64,000 nt of DNA from positions 868,001 through 932,000 of the forward strand of contig CM030335.1 in NCBI GenBank assembly GCA_017654855.1. The letters are read 5' to 3'. The notes below the pieces were generated by a model, which saw only the letters and a program-made list of their open reading frames with translations, was not told the DNA's origin and ran no database searches. Source of the stretch: Podospora anserina. Its lineage: Eukaryota. The translations under genes were made by a program, and so were the position numbers. Shown one piece after another: positions 48,304 to 61,918 of the stretch (positions within the stretch are counted from its first letter, which is position 1; each line of letters begins with the position of its first letter).

Positions 48304-51300
48304 AGCGCGTAATATTATTTATATTTAATTTCCTTTATACCTTCTAACCTTATAATATAATATATAATATATTAATTATTATATTAAAAATATAGGTTCG
48401 ATTCCTATTAAAATTCTTAAGTTTCTATATTATTATTATTTAACGGTAATCCAGGGACTCATTTCTTTTATTTAGGTTTTAATCGGTTTAAATATTATTA
48501 ATAAAATTCCTTTTACTTATTTAAATAATTAAAATTTATATTTAGTTCCTATAAATTATTTATAATTAAATACTTTAATTAATTAATTAAATACTTTAAT
48601 TAACCTTTATTAAACCGTAAATTTAGTATTTCCTTTATATTATACTTTTTTTTTTCGTCCTCCGCTATAGTTTATATATTAGTTTTACTTACGTGTGGTA
48701 CGGGTTTTAAAAGTAAAATATAAAAAGTATATAATTATAAATATATTATATTAAGTAGTTTTAATTCGAATATTATTTTTAAGATTTTCCTTTTAACTTT
48801 AAATGGGCCTACTCTTTTATAATTTAGTTTTTTATTAGATTTTTTAGTACGTAAATTGCGTATAGAAAGGAATATTATATCCCTCCCTTTAAAGTAAGGT
48901 CCCTCGAGCCTTTTAGTATTATAATATTTCTATATCTTTTTCTTTATAAACTTTAGTTTTTACTTAAATTTACCGTAGAGTATATATAATTTATTTACCT
49001 TAACCCTAGCCCTGAGTACCTTAACGCTAGGTCTTTACCGTAAGTTTACTTTATATTTAAAGTTTATAAAGAACAGCGTAACTTTAATCGTCTTTATTAG
49101 TAATATATTATATATTAATTATATTATAAATAATAGTTTAACCTAGTCGTCCTACTCGAAATTAATATAATTCCGTAGGTACTATTCTATAATTTAGTTA
49201 AGCCGTTCCGTTTAACCGTCCGTTTAAGGATAGTAGGCCGAAGACGCCTTACTCACTACCCCGAGCCTCGTTATTAACGCTCTCCAAAACGTAGTACCAC
49301 ATCCGCTAGCTGCTCTGCCGACCAGGTCTCCTTATATAGCAAAAAGTATACCCACTTAGTAAGCCGATCAACTACCGTTAATATACTATTATACTTAACG
49401 CTGGTTGCCGTGTCTTTAGACTTTAGTAATTTAGTAATAAAGTCTATCGTAACTGAATTTCATAATCGTTTTACTATTAGTAGTGGCTCCAGAAATCCGT
49501 ATAGCTTATACCTTACTACCCTCGTTTCTTCGCACGTATAATATAACTAGATAACTTCCTTAACGTTATCCTTGATCCTTAGCTAATTAAAGTATTACTT
49601 AATCTTTTCTATAATCTTTACGATACCTATATACCCTCCGAGCTTTAACCCGTAAATCTTTATTACTAGTGCCGTCCTATTATTTAATATTACGTACGCT
49701 CGATTCCTATATTATAGTCTTTCCTAATTATTTTTTTAGATACTTTATAGTTCCAATTTTTCCTACTAATATTATTCCGTAATATTATTACCTAGCCTTC
49801 TTTAATACTTACTGCTGGAAGTAGCTTGCTTACGATATACTACGTAATACTCTATTTACGGCTAAAGTAAATACTTAAAAGTACTTTCTAGCGTCTCTTT
49901 AAGTAATAGTAGTAACTCCCTAGGTATATCCTTATAATAGTTAGTTCGTTAATTAAGTATATTTACCTTAACGTTTTCCGAACCCTTTTTATAATTAATT
50001 TGAAAATTAAATTCCGAAAGAAACTTTAATTATCGTATTTATTATACGTTAAGGACTTTCGTAGTAATAAAATATCGTAGGTTCTTATAATCTATATAGA
50101 CCTATACTTCGTAATTAATATTATTAAAGTATAGCCTTTACTCCTCGAACGTTTCGATAATAGCGAATAACTTTTTATTATAAATTAAATAGTTTTAATA
50201 TATCCCTTTTAGTTTCTTCGAAAAGAAAGCTATTAGGTATAATTTTTTGTCGTTGTTTCGCTATTTTAATTACTTACCGATCGTATAGTTTAATATATTA
50301 ACCTCGATTTTAAATAATTAATTAGGATTTAATAATTTAAGTACCGGGTCCTTTAAAATAATTTTTTTTAACTTTTAAAAAACTTATTTCTCTTCCTACC
50401 CCTACCGGAATTCTACGTCCTTCTTAATTAAATAATTAAATAATTATATAATTTTTATATATTTATAAATAAATATCCGATAAAAATTTATAAACCTTAA
50501 GAATTTTTTAATATATATTTATAATTATAGTATAGGTTAATTTTTAATTACCGCGATTTTTTTAAGTTCTATACGAACTTTACTTAATAATATTAAATAT
50601 TCTAAATATATTATTTTTTTTATATAAAACTCGCTTTTTTTTTATTAATTAAAAATCCGGCTCCGTATAACGCGTCGAGTATCTCTTATATATATCGTTT
50701 ATATTTCTCTAAAGTACGTAAGTAAATAAGAACGTTATTAAAATAATATATTATTATTTTATTAAAGTACTTCCGGATTATATAATTAATAAAAGATTAA
50801 AATATTATAGGTATATTAATTAGCCTAAATAATATTATAGAATATTTAAAATAATTATAAAATATATAAAACGCTATTTTTTATTTATTTTCTTTTTTAA
50901 TTTATATATAGGCGTATCCGATAGGTATATTTAAGTATATAAAGTATTATACTTTTATTAATTAACTTTATAATTTAGATATTAATAGTAATAAATAATT
51001 ATTTTTTACTATTTTATTATTTAGTTAGTAGTAATTTATATATAGTTATAAATTACTATCCTTCTTTAGTACGAAAAATATAGAGTATTTTACTAGCGAT
51101 ATAAACTCCCTAATATATCCTTTCTTTAAATTTTTATTGAAATACTTTTATAACTCTTTACTTTACTTATTATTAATATAGTAAATTTTAAATAACTATA
51201 GTTTAATTCCTTTTTTTAATTTAATTTCGTAGTCTTACGGTCTTTACTCTAAAAATCCTTTTAAATATTTAACTATAAAAGCTAAATATCTTCGATATTC

Positions 51301-54300
51301 TACCGGTATTATTTTTTTTTTACTTTTCTTTATATTATTATAGTAAGTATACTTATTAATCTCCGATATTTTTATTAACGTTATTAATTTTATTTTTTTA
51401 ATTTTATTATTTATATCGATAAAGTATATTATTATTTTTTAGGCTTTTTACGGTAGTACCGTAAAGGGTACTTATTCTATACTTTACTCTATACGTACGC
51501 CTAATCTCTTATTGTTAATTAAATACTTTTAAAATTCTTTTAATCGTAAATAGTTACTATCCCTCTAATCGATATTTAAATTATAATTTTTATATTATAA
51601 TTACCCTAGGATTATATCCTTCGAAAGTTTCATATTTATAATATTAAATATAATTAAAATTATTTTTCTTTTAATTATAATATTTAAAAGAAATATTTTT
51701 CTATAAACCTTTTACGTCGGAAATAATTTTTATATAATAATTTATTTCTTTTTTTTATAGTATTTTAATTTAATATACGAATTATAATAAAATTAAATTT
51801 ATTTTTATACCTCCGTTTACTAATATTATTATTTAAATATTTTTTTAATATATTATAATTTAAAAACGTTTATTTTTTTTACTTTTTTTCTATACGGTAG
51901 CGATCTCGCTAATAAATACCGGGTCGTTATTCTATACTTTTATTTTATATTAATATTTTCGATAATACTGTTTATAATTCGTTAAAGGTTATTAGCCCCC
52001 GCGAAAAGCTATAAATCGTTCTCTAAATAATTATATCGTTTAAAAGTATTTTTTTACTCCGGATTATTTAATAATATAAAATTTTTTAATTATACCTATT
52101 TAGTTTCTTCCTATTTTCCGTCTTTTATATATTTAATATTTTTTAATGTATATATTTAATAACGGTTCTTCGCTTTACTTTATTAATACCCGATAACTAT
52201 AACTTTTATAATTCTCGGTCCTTTTAATATAGTAATTACTATAATCTTTCTTTTTTATCTAAATTATTTAAATACCTTATAATCCCTCTTAAAGTATTTT
52301 ACTTTATTATAATTAAAATATTTAAAATTATTTTTATTTTAATTTTATAATTTTTATTATTAAATAGTATTCATTTTTATAAACTTTATATATATAGTCC
52401 CCGAAACGTAAGTCCCGTATAACTATTTTTTCTTTTTATTGTTAAGGTAGTAAGGTCTTTATATACATATACCTTTACGTTTTTTACGGTATTAATATTC
52501 TTAATTATCGATATGGATTATTATTATAATATATTTATCGATAGTCTTTAGTCGTTTTATTTAATATAATTTATTTTTAACTTTTTTTAAAGCCTGTTAT
52601 AAAATAATTATATTAACCCTTTATCGTTAATTATATTACGAAATATATTTATTTTAAATATTATAATATAATCGGTAGTAAATCGAGTTTATTTAAAGTT
52701 AGTTAATCGCTCTTAAATACGTTTACCCTCGTTATACTTTTTAAATACCTTTTTAATCTTCTTTTTAAAACTTTTATATAACTTAAAATACCTTTTTATA
52801 ATATTTTTCTTTTCGTTATATTTATTATTAAAATAATTTTTTAAAATTAATTTAAATTAAGGAAATACTTTATTTTTAAGCCGGAACGTAATATATATAA
52901 TTTTAGATTCTTCGTTTAAAAAACGAAAACGGTAGTACCGAAAGTAAGTTTTAAGTTAGATTAAGAACTTTTTTAGTTTTTCCTTTACGCCTTTATAGCG
53001 ATCGGGTACCTCGAGCTTAATATACTTTCCTTCCCTACGTAAGGTACTAATTTCCCAGTAAAGTATAGTATTTTTTTACGTAAAGGTATTATAAGAAAAA
53101 CGTAACTTATTTTTAAGCTTTTAGATATAAGTAAGAAGCTAGTCGATAGTAGGCTAGGTCGAGCCCCTTTAAGTACTAACGTTTTTGGCTATAGCGTTAT
53201 TTTAATACTTTTAATTTATCTGTAATAAAATTAAAATAAGTATATAACGTATAATAAACCCCTATATAAAACCTTTAAAAGGGATATAGGTTAAAAGTAA
53301 TTTTTAATAATTAATTCGGTGTAGTTAAATAGTGTATAATAAGATGTTTCGATATAAATATAAAATACTATAAATATAAATTTAAATTATATATTACGGA
53401 ACTATTTATCTATATTAGCTAGTTCCTCCGTATATATAGTCCTTATATTAAGCCGTAATTAGTTTCCTAAGGTTATTAATTACCTCGGCTCAGTCTGCTT
53501 AGTGCCCTAATTACACTAATCACCTCTGCTTAGTCTGCTTAGTGCCTTGATTATACTGATTACTCTGCTTAGTCTGCTTAGTGCCCTAATCACACTAATT
53601 ACTTTACCTTCACTGTAATTAGCTCCCCTATACGTTCTCCCAATTGGCCCTTTATTCCTGTGGCCCTACAACCGTCCTATACTAGGGTTATAATAAGTAT
53701 TATAAATAATAATATTTATAATTTCGACGAAACTAAATTTATAATAAATATTATTTTTATAAGTATAATAATTATAATCTCGGACGGCCTTAATAAAATA
53801 AAACTAACTTAATTTAATAACCGTAAATAAATAATAATAATGTAGGAAATTAATACCCTTAATTAAACTATTCTACCCTTTATTATTTTAGCCGTATAAT
53901 ATTATTTTATTAATTAATATATTAAATATAATTTATTATTTATTTAATATATTATAATTATTAATAATAATTAAATTATTAATCTAATAAATTTAAATTA
54001 AATTAAATATTTTAATTATTATATAACGTCCGGTACGAAAAATAAATATTAATTATTAATCTTTAATAATTATAAAAATTATTATTTAATTAAATTCGAA
54101 CGTTATTATTAATAAAATAATATTATTACGCTTTATATACTTTTATATTCCTCTTACTTCCTTTAACTATTTAATATTAATTACTTTAAGCCGCTAAAAT
54201 AAATATACGGTTATTAAATCGAGGGTTTAATATATATATATATTAATTATATAAGTTAATTCGAATTTCTTTATACTTTCCGTAAAACTTTTTTTACTTT

Positions 54301-56663
54301 TATAATAGAGAAAAATATATAGAGTAGCTTTATAGGTATTAACTTTATACTATATAATTTAAAAAAGGTACTTTTTAAATTAAATATAAAGCTTTATACG
54401 CTTATACCCCTATCCTTAAAGCCGGATATAATATTACTTTAAGTATTTTAAATATTATAAAACCCTTAAAAAATTAATTTATAATTAATATTTATTAAAA
54501 TTCGTATTATTAATTATTAAAATAATTCTTTAATTTTAATATTAATTATAATAAATTAATTTATTAAAAATATAATAATTATAATATATTAAATAAATTT
54601 CCTTTAATTAAAAGTATTTTCGTTCCGTAAAGTAAACGAGATACTAAGTAAGCGCCGGAGAATAAAAAAAATATACGTATAGTTTAGAGGATTATTTACT
54701 GTATAAGATACATAGGATTTACTAGACTAGAAGGCTGTAGGTGGAGAGGTGGCGCAAGGAAAGGAGCAGGGTGGTAGTAGTATAGAGGGAGGGCGTACGA
54801 AGGTTCAGTGCTATAGTGTGTGCGGTAAGCCTGGCTATAATATCGGTACGTGCCAGGAGGTTGCAGAAGAGTCTGATTTAGCTGTTTCTGATATAATTGT
54901 AGTAGGTTAATAGTGTTGTTGTTTTGCAATTGAGGATGGTTGTAATAGGGTAGTGGAAATCGATCCACTCGCTTGTCCGATCCGCTCGCTTATTAAATAC
55001 GTTAGATGACAAGGCCTCTTGATACTGAGCCTCTTGGTTTCATAGGCCATGAGCCTAAGCGAGATGAGACAATGAATACCCAAAAAAGAACAAAGTGACC
55101 TATCCATCCCATACTGCACTTGGCCTCAATAATAACGGCGGAGGAAATGGGACGGGCCGAAGCAACTGGCATCGGTCGGGCTCAAACGTCGTTCAGGAAC
55201 CCCCGACACAAAAAGGTCTCTGTTTAATCTAACAATACCAGCATGAAGCGTGCTGCTCTGGTCATTCAGCACCAGGCTCAGATGATGGCCGATAAAAGGC
55301 TGAAGGGTGCAGCGGCCCGTGGGCCTTAAACACGGAGGTTTATATCATACGGTCTATTTAACCAGGTGCAGAAAGCACTAGGGAACAGTTTCTGGACCTG
55401 GACTCAGGGATAATAGGGGTTTGTCACCGAGATACACTGTCTCAACTGAGCCTTTTCTAGTAGGCACACGAGCGACTTCCGAGCTTCAGGTATAGCCCTT
55501 TTAGAGTCTGGGATTGTGGGAAAAACGTTTAGGGATCCAGCATTGTCACGTAAGTTACCAATGCACGTCTTCAGACCAGACTGGAATGAATTTGGATCAG
55601 ATGGTACAACTCGGGTAAAGGTGTGCTGTGAATGCTGATCATTTTATCAAGGTCCCAAGGTCTCTTTTGTTATGACTTCTTTGTTTACGTTTGCAGGGCC
55701 CCTGAACCCCTGACTCTGTGAGTGGATCCGTCCCTGCTGGACAAAACAAAATCTGTAATTTCTCCTCTTACGAGCGAAAACAGAGAGGCTGCCTCTTCTG
55801 TTGCAGGTATGCTTCTTACTGGGGTTCTCTGAGGTCAACTGCAAAAGAAACCGACAGCCGAGCCAATGGGCCCCAGTCGGAACAATGTGCCGTAGTTTCA
55901 TGATACGAATCATCATCCATTTGGTTGCATACTGCAAAGTGGTTTTCGTACTGTGCTAGATGGAGAGCTGCGTGTCATAAATCACATCTTGGACACAAAT
56001 CCTGAAACGAACGCGGCACCTTGCCTGCAGTTATCAACTCTGCCCCTTGGTACATGGTGCCTTACCAAAATCTGATAAACACCACTACTTCGCAACATGT
56101 TGGCACTCATCCCACAACTGCAGTTTGGGCAAGATGTTTCAGGCCAAAGACACTGCCATCGTGTCATCTGGCTTGCCCGAGTTGGCGCGATGGTGTGCCG
56201 CAGAAGGCTTAAGAGGGGATGGCCGTCCTGGACCGTGCCGTAGGCCGGCCGTGGCCGGCCGTCAGTTTATGCAGTGGCACCCTGTACGTTCTCGAGTTCC
56301 TCAGGCAGATGCACGGGCCAGAAGGGTGCTGGTCGGCTCTTGTATGGGGTCGCGACAAGCTTGACTGCCGGTGCCCCTGATCAGACCTGTCTGCAGCCAC
56401 TAGAACAGTCCACAAGTTCATTGATACACTCTATTGGTGTGTTTGATGATGGGGTTGCAATGAAGCTGTGTGAGATGTCGAGAAAGGAAATACGCTGCAG
56501 CGTGATATTGACTCCCTGCGGCTTCAGGGGATAGAACGCGAGCCTTGTGGTGAAGAGCTGAAACGGAGGCCGGATGTGATAATTAGACGGCCACCCACCA
56601 GGAATTGTTTCTGCGTCGTCGATTTGTCGTTGAGGCTTTTAATGTGGTTTACATTATTACCTA

Positions 56664-58619
56664 GGTTGGATGACCAGGAAATGGACCACATGTGGATCTG
56701 GTCCACCACCACCACACCAGCCACACAACCTTGTTGAGATTACCCCTGAATGATCACACTGGCCACAACAAGACTAATATTGGGTCAATTTCTATGGGAG
56801 TTATACCAAAATGTAGCTCAATCACTGTCAGAGTCAGACATTGCATCTGCTTCTCGCCTGCGCCTGGTTTGAACCCGATGACGTGCGCTGCGCCGCACAG
56901 GCTGGGCTGGCTCTGGCTGCTCCACATCCTCCTTGGCTACCACTTCTTCCTCCACCACCCTCCCTTCAATGCGGGCCTCTTCCAGTTCACAGAGCCTCAT
57001 AAACTTGGAATTCGAGTCTTCTCTATTTAACTTGCGCCTTTTTCTTGCCTCCTGGGCCTTTTGGGCGTTCTGTTAGTACCTTACCGCATCAGCTTTGTGG
57101 ATGGATGCCTCAGATCTCAGTGTGAGTATAGTACTAGTAAGAGTCCTTACTGTAAGCCGTTTTCCGGCCGGCGTATAGTTCTTAAGTAGGTCCCTAACCT
57201 TCTTAGCTACCTGGGAATCCCCTACGGTATGGAAAGTAAGTGTTTTTAAAGAGAGATCCAACGGCACTACAGGGACTATTACTTAACTTAAAAAGAGCGG
57301 TTTGCGCTTACGTATAGACTATAATCCTATCCTACGCTAGCCGCTAATAATATTTTTTTTCTTAAAGCCCTACTTGCGGGTAAAGTTATATAGCCGGATT
57401 AAATCGATTTTACCGTTAAACGTATAATTAATAAGGGCGTCGTTTATAGTTATAAGCCTTTTATACGTTTTTTTTATATTAGAAAAATAATTAATATTAA
57501 AAGGTTAAAGGACGTAAAAGTAATAGGGGGGTAGGAAAAGAAAATAAATATTACTTTTATAGTACCGGATTATAAAGTCGTTAATAGTATATAAATTATA
57601 ACTATTATAAATAAAAAAACAGGATTTTAATAGATCCTTAAATTTAATTCTTAATATAAAAACCTTTTTAAATTAATTAACGGTAAGGTTATTATTAATT
57701 TAATTATTTTTTAATATAATTATATATTAATTTTTATTTAATTAATTTTTAAATTATTATTTTTAAAGGTTTTTACCTTTAAAAATAATTCCGGAGGGAA
57801 AGACTCTTCCGTCTTATAAAATATATTTAAGTATAGTAGTTTAAATCCTTCTTTCGTTTTATTTAACGTATATAGATTTCTTATCCCGCTTCGAAAACCT
57901 AATAACTAAATTGTTTTCTCCTTAGCTTTCTATTATACTTACTTTATTATAATTATATTTATACTTAAATTTAATTTAATTAATAGTAAAATATAAATTA
58001 AAAAACTTATTAATATTTTCCGGAGTAATTTCGTTAATTCTAATATAATTAAATTTTTTTTAAATTTTTATTTTAATATCGGAATAATAATTAATAAAGT
58101 ATAATATTTAGTATTTACTAAGGGGGTTAGGATTACTTTATTTAATTAATAAATTAATTATTAAAGTTTTTATATTAATATAGATAGGAGCGTAATTAAA
58201 GTTTTTTTAACGAAGGATTTATTAAATAATAAGATTTTTTTTAGCCGTAAAAAAATCGTTATTAGTTTTTATAAGTAAAGTTCCTTAATAAGGTACTATT
58301 AATACGGTATTTTAACGTAGAACATAGAATCCCGTACTTATTAGACGCTTTTCGCTGGCTTATACCAGCGGCAATGTCTTTCTGGGCATTTTTAATATCC
58401 TCCTCGGTATATTTGGCCATTGTTAGGTACCTGAAGCAAAAAAAAGTAAAAGAAAAGCTTCATTTTTGGTTTCTGTGGGTGGAATATAAAGTGTGTGTTG
58501 ATATCGGGGGGCTTTCGGAGGTCCAGGGTTGTGGAGGGTTTAATGTGGGTAGATGGCTTGGGTAGTTCAAACTTACCTGGGCCATATCCATATGTGGTCC
58601 ACTTCCTTGTCATCCAACA
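56664..58619 (-). mobile_element. Fot1/pogo-type DNA transposon of a second family (1.96 kb), RIP-inactivated
   Basis: Imperfect ~40-bp TIRs (G/T)GTTGGATGAC..GGAA.TGGACCACAT.TGGAT.TGG.CC, TA TSD. Transposase from ATG 58420 (MAKYTEEDIKNAQKDIAAGISQRKASNKYGI) to 56818. Confidence 0.88.
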
Positions 58620-58652
58620 TACCTACCAAACAAACAATCATCATTCTCAACC

Positions 58653-60572
58653 ATGGACTGGCCCGACATTCAGGATCCATATTTTACCGACGCCAGGCTT
58701 AAGCAGTAGAACTATGAACAGACGACCACAGAAGAAACTGACCAGAGCCTCGTGCTTTATGCACAGAGGTCCCAACCTAATAGCAGATTTCAGGCCGCAG
58801 ATCAGGTGCACTTGCCCAACAATGCCGAATGGACGACGCCATGGCTACAGGTTAGTGCTTCGTTCTTTTCACTCCCTCGCGTCTACTGATGCATAGTTGA
58901 ATCCTAGAGTGAATGCTTTCGCCAAATACTTCTCGTTAAGCCACCCCAAAACCACGTGGACATCTCGGGCTTTCACATTCTGTAAGTTCACTTTCAAGAC
59001 ACAAAGCAAATAGCTAGGTAGGGTACTGATCAGTTCAGCTTCCCTAGCAAAGTGAAGCCTTTTGAAAGCCGGAACGCGAACGACGAAATCCAGACGATTC
59101 CCAAAGAACATTACAACCTCCCATTCTCCAAAACGAACTGGACACGTATCATCAAACACTTCCACATCAACTGTGTCATCAGGGACGCAATGAGGGAAAA
59201 CAAGTGTTACACCGATTTTCAGGAAAAAAGGCTCCAAGATAACTACATGATCCGCTGGTTGACAGGAGTAACGAGCCCCAAGATCGAGCCGCTCAGTGTT
59301 TCCATGTCTGCGGTTTACTTCCCGCAATACAGACTATCCCTGGCAGTTGCTTACAGCTGCGACACGACGCAACTGAGTCTGGTCAGAAGGCTGCTCCGAG
59401 CCTCCCCAGAAGCCAGTCCACACTCGCTTCTGATGATTGGGCTATTCGTGGAAATCCAGCACCATCGTATATCGTCCAAGTTCGAGTATGAAGAGAACCA
59501 AAAGCTGCGCAAGGCTCTTGTAGCTACCAAACACTGAAGAAGAAGCACTTACTGCGAGGAGCCAGTTGGAGAAGATTATAAAACACGCAACAGACCACCA
59601 AAACGCCAACCACAGGGGGGCTAGCACCGAGTACATCCAGACAACGTGGAGGTTCAAGGAGAGATTCAAACAGATTGGCTATCAACTGGAGGCAATCTCG
59701 GCCGAATCCCGCGTCAAAGCTGAAGATCTTAGGACCACGTCAGATCTCGAAGTGGCCGGATAATCGGCCGGATCAACTTGACACTTGGTCCAAAATACTA
59801 GGTTTCAAGTACCCTACGCGCTCATTCCGCTAACGATGTTATCCAGTATCTAGCACAGCTGGCAAGGAGCGAAGCCCGAGAGGCAGCCTCGATGGCATCG
59901 ACTGCCACCCACCAAGGGCAAATTAGCAAGTATATAGCCCTGGTCGCCATGTTTTATCTTCCAGTGACTGCTGTTTCAGTAAGAAATCCCCTGCTGGACC
60001 TGGCAGAGTGTCTCGAGCCGGGAGACTACTACATCAACGGCTTCTTGGTCCCAATAACATGCTAACCGATACATCAGACAATATTTGCCACTCCCGTCTT
60101 CAAATTCGAAAACAAATGGGTAGAGATGAAATGGAACGAGCAGGGTGGCGCCAAATCCGAAGCTGACAAGTTAGATGTGTTTCCCGGGTACTTCACAATA
60201 CATATAGTACTCGGAGTTCTCTTAACAGCGGCAACGTACGGGAGCTACTACTGGTACAAATCTCACGCTTCGGCCCACTCGGAGCGAGAAAGACTAGGCA
60301 AGGAGTCAGCTACAACAGACCCGGATGATAACTCAAACGGTACCCATTCACGACCAAACTCACCAGCTGCCTCAACGGTTGGGGCAGTTGCGAATGGAAA
60401 CAGGGGTATTTGGTCTCACATAACCTCGGGATGGTCGCGAATCAAATCCCTTATCTCCATCAAAAGAGCAAGGAGCACCAATGATAGACATCAACTTGGG
60501 AATTTGCCGCCGGACTCCAGTGTCCTTTCTCCTAGTCATCCAGGTAATCCTCAGGCGGTTTCAATGGTTTAG
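58653..60572 (+). pseudogene. CorA-like 2TM-domain protein, paralogue A (premature stop, frameshift)
   Basis: MDWPDIQDP start then TAG; LPFSKTNWTRIIKHFHI; HSLLMIGLFVE; IALVAMFYLPVTAVS|TIFATPVF; second TM YFTIHIVLGVLLTAATY. Confidence 0.72.
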
Positions 60573-60994
60573 ATCTCATTCTGTGTTCTTTAGCTATAGG
60601 GCAGGGGAAGAGGCAGGGAAACAGGACACCAGTGCAACAAGATGAAACTATAGAATCCTTGTCATGAACATCTGCTATTACTTCTCTACCCTTATACTTC
60701 TCTCACTGTTGATTAGGTATTGTGCCGGGCGCTTCCTCCTGCTTCGGGCAATGTTCTTCAGGTGTGTCTGAGAGCAGTTCGTTCGACGATCCCTTCTGAT
60801 CATACGGTGCCGCATACGGGGTATATGGCGGCGGTGGCTCTATCTCGCAAGATTGAGTATCCCTCACTCGTATTCAACTTTTGTTGGCCCCTTGGTGGCT
60901 TCTTAGGTGGGAACTGGATTGCCTTCTGTTCGAGAAGCAGGCGATTGCTGTCTCAGCCAGGGTTTCAATGACGGCTTCTGGGAGAAAATCTGTA

Positions 60995-61560
60995 TCAATC
61001 TAAGATCGTCCTATCAACCTTTGCCGTGTTAGACGGTCCTTGATAACAGTACAAGCCATGGTTCCAATCGGAATGGTGAGAACTTGCCTTTGTCAACACA
61101 GTTTGTGTGATAAACCAGTACCGCGCAACTCCACCGAAGTCACTGCTGGGTTTCCGTTTTGATTGTCTGTTAAAAGTTGTCCATGGATGTTGGGTGAGGG
61201 TAGCAAACCACAGACTTACATCTATGTGGAATTTGCCATTGCCGCAAATTTCTTGCAGAGTCAGGATGAGGCGTTGGATGTCTCCGCCCTCGATCGTGCA
61301 GGAAGATAGGTGCCAGTCAGACGAATAACCGTCAGGAACAGGAACAGATCCCTGATGGGATACCCCGATTTCATCCTCTGTAGAACAAGGGAGAGGAGAT
61401 ATGGTTGGCTCTTCCTGGGCGGTTAGGTGAACAAGAGCTAAACCTCCAAACTCTTTCAAGCTGTTGAGAGCTGACTCGGAGGGTGGGGGAAATATTCTAG
61501 TTGGTGGGAGCAACAAGAGACCGCTTCTTAACCAGCTCAGAAGTGGCGGTGCAAGGTACG
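60995..61560 (-). CDS. Small hypothetical gene or relic between the CorA-like genes
   Basis: 173-codon ORF ending DIQRLILTLQEICGNGKFHID followed by a GTAAGT donor; start and splice acceptor unclear. Confidence 0.4.
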
Positions 61561-61918
61561 GGCTGTCAGGTCAGCGTTGCATACTGCACAGTGTAAAACG
61601 ACGGCTCAGCATTTTGCTCCGTCGTTACGGCCTTAAACCTTTGCACTGAGAAACAAGCACTCATCCCTACCTATCACATGGGCTGGTCTGCTCCTTTATC
61701 TTTGTGCATGATTTGTACGGTTGCATAAGTCCATGGTGAAGATGCATAAAATCAAGTGTGCTCGTTTGGCCTTGCGGGCGCTTAGCACCGTGTGCAAACG
61801 CATAAGGTAAGGTAGCCAAAAATAGCACATTGGGTCCCTGTTGTTATGGGCCCAACGCGACGAAAAAACATGGTGGGGAAGAAAGACTCTACTCAATGTT
61901 CAAAAACAAGAATTCATC

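Larger units (their letters stand above)
44649..53695 (-). mobile_element. Composite three-LTR Gypsy insertion (subfamily 3), RIP-inactivated
   Basis: LTRs 44649-45094, 47160-47604, 53250-53695; TSD AGTAT at 44644-44648 and 53696-53700. Full gag-pol between 47605 and 53249. Duplicated 3' segment 45095-47040. Confidence 0.92.
44089..55002 (+). mobile_element. Second copy of the same Fot1/pogo transposon, split by a 9-kb Gypsy insertion
   Basis: Same TIRs and TA TSD; transposase ATG 44188; sequence resumes at 53696 after TSD AGTAT. Confidence 0.93.

Noticed and set aside
54696-54968. 90-aa Tyr/Gln-rich ORF
   Set aside because: Antisense to the transposase C-terminus; composition is a RIP artefact.
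55005-56660. Several short ORFs between the transposons
   Set aside because: No coherent exon structure or recognisable domain.
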